Source: Oscillospiraceae bacterium (GTDB taxonomy: Bacteria; Bacillota; Clostridia; Oscillospirales; CAG-272). Taken from it: a stretch of DNA of 38,111 nt. This document shows, piece after piece, positions 28,084 through 35,375 of the stretch. A program made the translations under genes and the position numbers. The notes beneath the pieces were generated by a model. That model saw nothing but the letters and a program-made list of their open reading frames with translations. It had not been told where the DNA came from and did not search any database. The stretch lies in NCBI GenBank assembly GCA_009779295.1, contig WREN01000002.1:1-38111 (forward strand). The letters are read 5' to 3'. The number at the start of each line of letters is the position of its first letter. Position 1 is the first letter of the stretch.

Positions 28084-29048
28084 TTTTAGATACGACGAAA
28101 TGGAAATATAATAAGACGTGGGTGTATTCCATAACATACGACGAGGCATTGTCTGAACTTCATCGCTTTGTCATCCCCCACCACGAACACTTCGGCATAC
28201 CCGGGCATCTTGAAGCCGTCGTGGGTCACATGGGCGTGGAACGCCAGATCGGCGCGAGCTCTTACAATGGGTTCCATCATATGTCGCCCGCCGAAATGCG
28301 CGAGATGATCGCCGCCGGATGGGGCGTTGGAAACCATTCGTGGAGCCATTTCAACGTCGCCGACGACCCGGAATTGGAACTTTTAAAAGCCCGCGAAGTC
28401 TTGGAAGACGCGATAGGACGCGCCGTAACCGTTTATTGCGCGCCGGGTTCGAACGCGAATCTAACGCCGTTCATCATCGATAAGGCGAAGGAGTACGGAT
28501 ACCTTGCAGGTATGGGCATTTACGACAGGCTGAACTTTCCCGACAGCGAGGATTTGTTCTTCCTGAACCGCCCGCCATTGCATGAAACTTTCAGCGACCT
28601 GTTCGAGAGCATCTTCGACCCGTTCAGGCGGATTCAACAAGCGAAGAAAAATAACGGCTGGATCATAGACTACCTGCACTGCCCGCTTGAAACGGCGGTG
28701 CATGATTATAAAGACTGCTCGGCGGCGCACCATTACGAGCGGTTGGAGACCGTGACGACCGAAGGCAAGTACGACTGCTGGTTCGCGAATCCCGACGACG
28801 TTGTGGATTACAGGTATATGCGGCGGTATGCGAAGTTGCAAGAGACAGACGCAAACACGTTCAAGATAAATCTGGAAGGATTGCCCAAGCAAGTCATGAA
28901 CCGTGAACTCACTTTCACCGTGCAATCACCTCACCCGGTAACAGTTACGTTAAACGGCAACGCCGTTTCGACGTGGCAGTTGGAAAACGGCGTGTGGGCG
29001 TTTAATGCTAAGGTTGAGGATGGGGATGTGGTTAGGGGATTTTATTAA
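28080..29048 (+). CDS. Polysaccharide deacetylase (NodB/CE4-like) family protein
   Basis: SITYDEA, GWGVGNHSWSH. ATG 28080 overlaps the upstream stop. Confidence 0.8.
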   Translation: MILDTTKWKYNKTWVYSITYDEALSELHRFVIPHHEHFGIPGHLEAVVGHMGVERQIGASSYNGFHHMSPAEMREMIAAGWGVGNHSWSHFNVADDPELELLKAREVLEDAIGRAVTVYCAPGSNANLTPFIIDKAKEYGYLAGMGIYDRLNFPDSEDLFFLNRPPLHETFSDLFESIFDPFRRIQQAKKNNGWIIDYLHCPLETAVHDYKDCSAAHHYERLETVTTEGKYDCWFANPDDVVDYRYMRRYAKLQETDANTFKINLEGLPKQVMNRELTFTVQSPHPVTVTLNGNAVSTWQLENGVWAFNAKVEDGDVVRGFY

Positions 29049-29061
29049 GGAGGAAAACAAA

Positions 29062-30507
29062 ATGAAAAAATTTATTGCGTTACTTTTACCTGTCATTATG
29101 ATATTGTCATTTGTCGCGTGCGGCGACCCATCAAAACCCGCGTCCGGCGAAACGACATTGCCGGTCCAGTCAGACATTGCTGAAACAACGCCGCAAGGTC
29201 CGCCGACATTTGAAATGTCCGACTACAAAGGGCGCACGTTTAAAATTGCGTGGCCTATACTGACGCTCAATCAGGATTATTATCTCATACACGAGGAAAC
29301 CGGCGACCAGCTTAACGACGCAGTTTATAACCGTCTGATGAAAATTGAGGAACAACTCAATATTAAATTCGCGCACCGCGACACAGGGGAACTGGAAAAC
29401 TGTAACCATGTTTTACCGCTTCTTCAAAGGCTTGTCGGCGCCGGAGACGCTGAATTTGATATGGTGCTTTCTCATACCGCCGTCGATCTCGGTCCTATCA
29501 TCTACGATAATCTCGTATTGGATTGGAATAATGTAAATTATATCGACCCTACGAAAGAATATTGGAATCACGAAATAAACCGGACGATGAGCGTCATGGG
29601 AAAACAGCCGTATATATCAAATTCCTGGAATATCGCGGAATTTATCGCGATACTGTTCAATAAAAAAATGATAACGGATTATCAGCTTGACGATCCTTTC
29701 GGTCTTGTTCATAACAACAAATGGACGATCGACAAAATGACTGAAATGGCAAAAATAGTTGTTTCAGACATCAACGGAGACGGCGTTTTCACTGACGCAG
29801 ACCAATACGGTTTCGGAACTTCATTGGACTGGCATATGAAAGCGTTCCTTGTGGGATTCAATCAGCAGGTCGTAGCTAAAAATTCCGAAGGGCTGATGGA
29901 ATATGTCGTGATGAATGAACGCATGATAACGATCGCCGAAAAGATGTACAAACTTCTGTACGAAGACAACACCTCGCTGACATGGGTTTATGGTACGTAT
30001 CAGGGAGGGATAATAGTTCCGATGTTCGACGAAGGGCGTATGCTGTTCCTCAACCAATGGATGGCACATTCCGAGAAATACCGTCAGGCAGACGTGGAAT
30101 ACGGAATACTCCCGCACCCGAAGCTCGACGAAAATCAGGAAAAGTTCCGCGCTTATAACAGCGCTTGTTATAACGTTATTCCGAACGTAGCAGGTATAGA
30201 TACCGACCTTGTGGGAAAAGTCCTTGAACTGCTGGGATATTGGGGTTATTATTCCGTTGTTCCGACATATAAGGAAGTCCTGCTCACGGAGAAAGTTTCA
30301 CGTGACAACGAATCCGCGGAAATGCTTGATATTATCTTCAGCAACGTAGTAGTTGATTTAGCGAACGCGTTCGGTTACATGGAGATACTGTACGCGCTGA
30401 TGAACGCAAAGAGTGTGGATGTAGTGTCATGGTACGATAAGAATATGCCCGCGCATGAGAAAACGCTTGAGAAGAGCAACGAAGCCTTCGCGGCTTTCGG
30501 AAAGTAA
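29062..30507 (+). CDS. Extracellular solute-binding lipoprotein
   Basis: Lipobox FVAC, WTIDK, DINGDGVFTDADQYG, YGILPHPKLDENQ. Paralog of 12678-14153. SD AGGAGG. Confidence 0.85.
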   Translation: MKKFIALLLPVIMILSFVACGDPSKPASGETTLPVQSDIAETTPQGPPTFEMSDYKGRTFKIAWPILTLNQDYYLIHEETGDQLNDAVYNRLMKIEEQLNIKFAHRDTGELENCNHVLPLLQRLVGAGDAEFDMVLSHTAVDLGPIIYDNLVLDWNNVNYIDPTKEYWNHEINRTMSVMGKQPYISNSWNIAEFIAILFNKKMITDYQLDDPFGLVHNNKWTIDKMTEMAKIVVSDINGDGVFTDADQYGFGTSLDWHMKAFLVGFNQQVVAKNSEGLMEYVVMNERMITIAEKMYKLLYEDNTSLTWVYGTYQGGIIVPMFDEGRMLFLNQWMAHSEKYRQADVEYGILPHPKLDENQEKFRAYNSACYNVIPNVAGIDTDLVGKVLELLGYWGYYSVVPTYKEVLLTEKVSRDNESAEMLDIIFSNVVVDLANAFGYMEILYALMNAKSVDVVSWYDKNMPAHEKTLEKSNEAFAAFGK

Positions 30508-30541
30508 AACAATCCGTTTACGCATAACGCATGTACGACAC

Positions 30542-30578
30542 GGAATCCCCTCTACCGTTTGGCGGGGGGATTCTTTTT
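30542..30578 (+). terminator. Intrinsic terminator formed from a collapsed repeat doublet
   Basis: GAATCCCC..GGGGATTC stem plus TTTTT. Ends are identical to the outer ends of the 14159-14300 doublet. Confidence 0.72.
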
Positions 30579-30602
30579 AATATGTAAAAAAAATAAATTC
30601 TA

Positions 30603-30631
30603 TTGATTTTAGACACAATATGTGGTATAAT
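30603..30631 (+). promoter_or_regulatory. nrdG promoter with overlapping NrdR box
   Basis: TTGATT-17 nt-TATAAT with extended TG. ACACAATATGTGGT at 30613-30626 resembles the NrdR consensus acaCwAtATaTwGtg. Confidence 0.7.
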
Positions 30632-30663
30632 AATCATATTAAAGAGCGGATAGGGGACAAACA

Positions 30664-31230
30664 ATGTTACATTACAGTACAGGCGTAAACGCCCATAAAT
30701 CTTCGTTATATCAAATAGAAAATTTGCCGATCAGAATTGCCGGAGTCGTCAGGGAATCGATTGTAGACGGACCTGATCTGCGGTTCGTTGTGTTCGTGCA
30801 GGGTTGCCCGCACGATTGTCCGGGCTGCCATAATCCGGAAACTCATGATCCGGACGGCGGGCAATTAACTTCCACCGCCATCATTTGGCGTGAAATCAAT
30901 AAGAATCCGCTCGTGCAGGGGATCACGTTCAGCGGCGGCGAACCGTTCATGTGGGGACATGAACTCGCAGTCATCGGCAGGGCGGCCGCTGAGAAGAAGT
31001 TGAACATCATGACCTACACGGGTTACACATATGAGCAATTATTAATAATGGCGAAAACAGACAATTCCGTGCATGAACTGCTGTGCGTAACGAACTATTT
31101 GAAGGACGGTCCGTATGTTGAGGAGAAGCGCGATTTATCGCTGCAATTCAGGGGAAGCTCGAACCAGCGTATCTTTGACGTCACGTGCTATCCGAACAAC
31201 ACCGCCGCGAAGGAATTGAAAACGCTATGA
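30664..31230 (+). CDS. nrdG: Anaerobic ribonucleotide reductase activating enzyme (radical SAM)
   Basis: ESIVDGPDLRFVVFVQGCPHDCPGCHNP, TFSGGEP, YTGYTYE, DGPY, FRGSSNQR. Confidence 0.93.
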   Translation: MLHYSTGVNAHKSSLYQIENLPIRIAGVVRESIVDGPDLRFVVFVQGCPHDCPGCHNPETHDPDGGQLTSTAIIWREINKNPLVQGITFSGGEPFMWGHELAVIGRAAAEKKLNIMTYTGYTYEQLLIMAKTDNSVHELLCVTNYLKDGPYVEEKRDLSLQFRGSSNQRIFDVTCYPNNTAAKELKTL

Positions 31231-31643
31231 ATAACGACAATCTAACACCCGAACAAAAAGAACAGGCGTTACAGGAGTTTAACGCCAAGAAAGAGAAACA
31301 ATTCGAAATAGGTAAAGTAATCATTATTTGCGTGGTGATTTCGGACATTTTGATGTCGGCTTTATCTGCAATTGTTAATTTGAACATTGGGATATTGATT
31401 ATGTCAATCGTGTTTTCTGTCATGCTCTTCACGGGCAATCCTGTCATAAGATATGTTTTCGCCGCGAAATCGCTTGTGAATATCGGCGTTATTTTCTACG
31501 TCCTGACTTCACCGGAAATCATCGTGCCGACATGGGGGATCGTTGTTTTGATGACGCAATTGGCGTACTGCATAGCCGCGAGCGTGCTGCTGGTCGTGAG
31601 CCAATGCGTGAGCGAATATATGTATAATAAGAAGAATGGGTAA
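31227..31643 (+). CDS. Hypothetical membrane protein (~4 TM)
   Basis: ATG 31227 overlaps the nrdG stop. Four hydrophobic stretches. Confidence 0.7.
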   Translation: MNNDNLTPEQKEQALQEFNAKKEKQFEIGKVIIICVVISDILMSALSAIVNLNIGILIMSIVFSVMLFTGNPVIRYVFAAKSLVNIGVIFYVLTSPEIIVPTWGIVVLMTQLAYCIAASVLLVVSQCVSEYMYNKKNG

Positions 31644-31660
31644 GAACGGAATCCAAAAAA

Positions 31661-31705
31661 AAATTCCCCTCCTTGGAGGGGGTGGCGCAACGCGCCGGGG
31701 TGGTT
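31661..31705 (-). repeat. REP-like unit, left flank of DUF559 gene
   Basis: Reverse complement is AACCACCCC-GGCGC(GTT)GCGCC-ACCCCCTCCAAGGAGGGGAATTT, an inverted copy of 32102-32143. Confidence 0.9.
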
Positions 31706-31747
31706 TTGATGCGATAATTTGAATGTATAATTGGAAAAGGTGAACAA

Positions 31748-32158
31748 ATGCGCAACAGTAAATCCTATTTCACGCTTCCTTTCAACCCCCATCTGCGTGA
31801 ACGCGCCAGAGAACTGCGTAAAGCCGGATATTTATGCGAAGTATTATTGTGGAAGCAACTTCATAATAATAAATTCAAACAATACGATTTCGACCGTCAA
31901 AAAATTATAGGTGATTATATCGTTGATTTTTTTTGTGGGAATTGTAATGTTGTTATAGAAATCGACGGGAAGTCCCATGATAAGAAAGTTTCATATGATA
32001 AGATACGAGATTGTTATCTTGAAGGATTGGGATTAATTGTTATTCATATTCCGGCGATGGATATTTTGAATGATTTGAATAGTGTAATGTCAATGCTTCA
32101 CAACCACCCCGCCCTTCGGGCACCCCTCCAAGGAGGGGAATTTGAACGGGCAGAGTAA
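31748..32158 (+). CDS. DUF559 / Vsr-like endonuclease domain protein
   Basis: LRERARELRK..EVLLWKQL, FDRQKIIGDYIVDF, VIEIDGKSH, RDCYLEGLGLIVIHI. AT-rich. SD AAGGTG. Confidence 0.9.
   Translation: MRNSKSYFTLPFNPHLRERARELRKAGYLCEVLLWKQLHNNKFKQYDFDRQKIIGDYIVDFFCGNCNVVIEIDGKSHDKKVSYDKIRDCYLEGLGLIVIHIPAMDILNDLNSVMSMLHNHPALRAPLQGGEFERAE
32102..32143 (+). repeat. REP-like unit, right flank of DUF559 gene (inside its 3' end)
   Basis: AACCACCCC-GCCC(TTC)GGGC-ACCCCTCCAAGGAGGGGAATTT. Confidence 0.9.
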
Positions 32159-32307
32159 ACGAAAAATGAAATTCAATTATACAGAGGTGAATAAAATGAA
32201 AGACGAATATACCGCAGAAGATTTCGCAAAAGCTGTCAAAAATCCGTTTTTTCATTATGAGCCGCTGTTTAACGGATTATGCCAAAAAACTACAGGAAAG
32301 TGAATGA
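32159..32307 (+). pseudogene. Remnant of a BrnT/BrnA-like toxin-antitoxin pair
   Basis: TKNEIQLYRGE* (toxin-like C-terminus), then SD GAGGTG and ATG 32196 MKDEYTAEDFAKAVKNPFFH. A shifted frame gives IMSRCLTDYAKKLQESE*, consistent with an internal deletion. Confidence 0.5.
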
Positions 32308-33470
32308 TTAACACCATGTCCGACGCTTACACATCACGGGGCGCTTCCGCTACGAAAGAAGACATCCATAAAGCCATAGCACAGCTTGACAAAGGCGTGT
32401 TCAAGGGCGCGTTCTGCAAAATCATCGCCGATCCTTACGGCGACGACACCATGTGCGCGGCTATGCACGCCGACGGCGCAGGCACTAAAGCCGCCCTCGC
32501 CTATCTCAAATACAACGAGACCGGAGATTTCGGCGCGTACTTCGACATCGCACAGGACTCGACCGTCATGAACCTCGACGACCTGCTGTGCGTCGGAGCG
32601 GTGGACAACTTCATCATGTCCAACACCATCGACCGTAACGCCCACCGCATAGACGGCAACGCCATCAAGGCTATCATCGAAGGATATCAGAGTTTCTTAA
32701 ACAAAATGGCTCTTTACGGGATCAACATAACGATGTCGGGCGGCGAAACCGCCGACGTAGGCGATCTGACGCAAACACTTGTTGTGAACACTACGCTGTT
32801 CGTGCGGATGAAACGATCCGACGTTATCAACTGCGACAACATCAGCGCGGGCGACGTGATTGTCGGGTTTTCTTCGTTCGGACAAGCATCTTATGAGGAT
32901 AAATATAACGCAGGTATGGGTTCGAACGGTCTAACCGCCGCGCGCCATTTGTTGCTGTCGAAGTATTACGCGGACAAATATCCCGAAACGTATTCAAACA
33001 CAATCGACAAGAGCAAAGTCTACTGCGGAAAATATCGTCTGGAAGATACGTTGCTCGGAACAAATATGTCCGTTGGCGACGCTATCCTCTCACCGACGCG
33101 TACTTACGCGCCGATTATAAAAGAGATTTTGTACACCAATTCCGAAAAAGTCCACGGTTTGATCCATTGCACTGGCGGCGGGCAGGTTAAATGCCGCAAC
33201 TTCGGTAATGGATTGCATTACATCAAGGACAATTTGTTCGAGATTCCGCCGCTGTTCCGGGCGATTTACGAGAGCGGCGAGATAAGCGAGCGCGAGATGT
33301 ACCAGACGTTCAATATGAGTCACAGGCTTGAGCTGTTCTGCGAACCGCAGTATGCGGATGGATTTATCGCAACGGCAAAGAAGTACAACGTTGAGGCGAA
33401 AGTTGTGGGCAGGGTTGAGAAGAGTGATTCGGACGTGAATACGTTGACGATTGGGAATTTTGAATATTGA
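32304..33470 (+). CDS. purM: Phosphoribosylformylglycinamidine cyclo-ligase (AIR synthase), long-form
   Basis: MHADGAGTK, MNLDDLLCVGA, GGETADVGD, GMGSNG, LSPTRTY, IHCTGGG, EMYQTFNM. Confidence 0.88.
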   Translation: MINTMSDAYTSRGASATKEDIHKAIAQLDKGVFKGAFCKIIADPYGDDTMCAAMHADGAGTKAALAYLKYNETGDFGAYFDIAQDSTVMNLDDLLCVGAVDNFIMSNTIDRNAHRIDGNAIKAIIEGYQSFLNKMALYGINITMSGGETADVGDLTQTLVVNTTLFVRMKRSDVINCDNISAGDVIVGFSSFGQASYEDKYNAGMGSNGLTAARHLLLSKYYADKYPETYSNTIDKSKVYCGKYRLEDTLLGTNMSVGDAILSPTRTYAPIIKEILYTNSEKVHGLIHCTGGGQVKCRNFGNGLHYIKDNLFEIPPLFRAIYESGEISEREMYQTFNMSHRLELFCEPQYADGFIATAKKYNVEAKVVGRVEKSDSDVNTLTIGNFEY

Positions 33471-33498
33471 GGGAAATTATATAATCGGAGGTATAAAA

Positions 33499-33996
33499 AT
33501 GTTTGAACAAAAGATTGAAGACTTTATCATTGAATATCTCGCTGGGGACACACAAAAAAATGCTTTGGAATTCGTTAAATATTTGAGAGAGAATGAAATG
33601 CAGTTTTATAGAGATAAAAATGGTTATTGGGAAGATAAACTCTATTGGTGGATAAAATACAAAGAACAATATTTTTGTTTTATTTTAGTTAACGGCTATG
33701 AAGATGGTCATTGGGGTATTTGGTTTGAAGATGGCGGTTCAGATTGTTATGCAGATTTTCCAGTAACCGAACGGATAAAAGAGATTGCATGGGCAAATGT
33801 TGACGTGTTCAAAGGTGATTGTGGCGGTGGGCAATGTGAAGGATTGCGTAAAGTAATATTTGGAAAACTATTTGAAAGTCTATATCGTACACTAATGTTT
33901 TTCGACAATCCGAATACCGAGGCAGTTGAGTGCATGAAGAAATTAGGTAAAATAAGAAAAGCCGCTATTTTAGAGAATAAAGAATGCACAAATTAA
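33499..33996 (+). CDS. Hypothetical protein, AT-rich
   Basis: ATG 33499 behind GGAGG. Trp/Cys-containing, with no recognised motif. Confidence 0.75.
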   Translation: MFEQKIEDFIIEYLAGDTQKNALEFVKYLRENEMQFYRDKNGYWEDKLYWWIKYKEQYFCFILVNGYEDGHWGIWFEDGGSDCYADFPVTERIKEIAWANVDVFKGDCGGGQCEGLRKVIFGKLFESLYRTLMFFDNPNTEAVECMKKLGKIRKAAILENKECTN

Positions 33997-34027
33997 ACAT
34001 TTTCTACATCTTAAAGGAGGAATAGAA

Positions 34028-34969
34028 GTGTTGAATCCGAGAATTTTAGTAGTCAGCAGCGCTAACATGGACGTTGCGGCCTACACATACAGAACGCCGG
34101 TTGCGGGTCAAACTGTTATCGGCGACACATACGATTTCATTCCCGGCGGTAAGGGCGCGAACGCCGCCATTACCCTGTCGCGGCTCGGCGGCGACAGCGT
34201 TTTCTGCGCCAAGCTGGGTCACGATCCGAACGGCACTGCGCTCATGAAGTTTTATGACACCAGCGGCATCGACACGCGGTTTATTTCGCTTGACCGGAAT
34301 GAAAAGACGGGATTAGCGATTATAATCGTCGAGACTAACGGCAATAACCGTATCATCGTTTATCCCGGCGCGAACTTCAAACTGTCGGTCTCGAACGTCG
34401 AGGACGCGTTTACGTGCTACCCAGACGCATTGTTTCTGCATCTTGAAATACCTGTAGAAACGGTCATCGCCGCGACGCAATTCGCGAAGGATCAAGGAAT
34501 CCCGATATTCATCGACGCGGGTCCGGCTACGAAAGAATTCCCGCTTGAGGAACTCGCGGTCGTTGAGGTTTTCTCGCCCAACGAGACGGAAACGCAGGTG
34601 TTCACCGGAGTCAATCCTACAACTCCGGAAATGTGCGTGAAGGCGTGCATGGCGTTAGCGAACCGAATCAAAGCAAAGTATTACGTTATCAAACTCGGCG
34701 AACGCGGCGCGTTTCTTTACGACGGCAAGTTTTATAAAATGCTCGCGCCGTATGACGTTGACGTGGTTGACACGACGGCGGCAGGCGACGCGTTCACGGC
34801 GGCGCTGACGTTGGAGTACATGCGTTCGGGCGACATCAAGCGCGCGTGCGAATACGCCAACATCGTGGGATCATTAACGGTTTCGAAAGCGGGCGCGTCG
34901 CCGTCACTGCCGACCGCCGCGGAAGTGAAACGGTTTGTGATCGAGAATGAGATAAATTTTAAGTTATGA
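34028..34969 (+). CDS. rbsK: Ribokinase (PfkB family)
   Basis: SANMD, PGGKGANAA, PNETE, KLGERGA, VDTTAAGDAF. GTG start behind AGGAGG. Confidence 0.9.
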   Translation: MLNPRILVVSSANMDVAAYTYRTPVAGQTVIGDTYDFIPGGKGANAAITLSRLGGDSVFCAKLGHDPNGTALMKFYDTSGIDTRFISLDRNEKTGLAIIIVETNGNNRIIVYPGANFKLSVSNVEDAFTCYPDALFLHLEIPVETVIAATQFAKDQGIPIFIDAGPATKEFPLEELAVVEVFSPNETETQVFTGVNPTTPEMCVKACMALANRIKAKYYVIKLGERGAFLYDGKFYKMLAPYDVDVVDTTAAGDAFTAALTLEYMRSGDIKRACEYANIVGSLTVSKAGASPSLPTAAEVKRFVIENEINFKL

Positions 34970-35253
34970 ACCCATTCTACCAAGAAGTCTACGGTATCGT
35001 AGAGCAAATCCCGCGCGGGAAAGTTATCTCCTACGGGCAGATCGCCCGTATGCTGGGACGACCGCATGCAGCCCGAGAGGTCGGACGCGCCATGCACCAC
35101 TGCCCTGAACATCTCCCTTGGCAGCGGGTCGTCATGGCGGACGGTAATATCACAGCCGGCACGTTTGCGGATGAACGCAAGGAATTGCTTGAAGCAGAAG
35201 GAGTGGCGTTTCTGCCTGACGGGCGTGTGGATATGGAAGTTTGTAGGATATAA
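34966..35253 (+). CDS. Alkyltransferase-like (ATL/YbaZ) protein
   Basis: QIPRGKVISYGQIA, AREVG, LPWQRVV (Trp replaces the MGMT catalytic Cys), LLEAEGV. Confidence 0.9.
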   Translation: MNPFYQEVYGIVEQIPRGKVISYGQIARMLGRPHAAREVGRAMHHCPEHLPWQRVVMADGNITAGTFADERKELLEAEGVAFLPDGRVDMEVCRI

Positions 35254-35364
35254 ACACCCGGCGCTGCGGCGCCACCCTCTTTACGAAAGAGGACAAGGAT
35301 AAGAACGAACCAATTCCCAGCCCTCTTTTGTAAAGAGGGTACCGCCCGTAGGCGGGGGGTGTTT
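35252..35364. repeat. Inverted doublet of double-hairpin REP-like units
   Basis: AAACACCC-GGCGC(TGCG)GCGCC-ACCCTCTTTACGAAAGAGG ... CCCTCTTTTGTAAAGAGGG-T-ACCGCCCGTAGGCGG-GGGGTGTTT. Confidence 0.9.
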
Positions 35365-35375
35365 TAGGAGAACTT

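Noticed and set aside
31661-32158. Classical IS element or MITE with terminal inverted repeats
   Set aside because: No DDE, HUH or recombinase motifs and no evident target-site duplication. The gene-free doublets have the opposite polarity. Kept as a REP-like hypothesis instead.
34966-35253. Active O6-methylguanine methyltransferase
   Set aside because: PWQRV replaces PCHRV, so it is a non-catalytic ATL, which is a known family.
11208-35364. Repeats as a CRISPR array
   Set aside because: Copies are kilobases apart and inverted, not regularly spaced direct repeats, and there are no cas genes.
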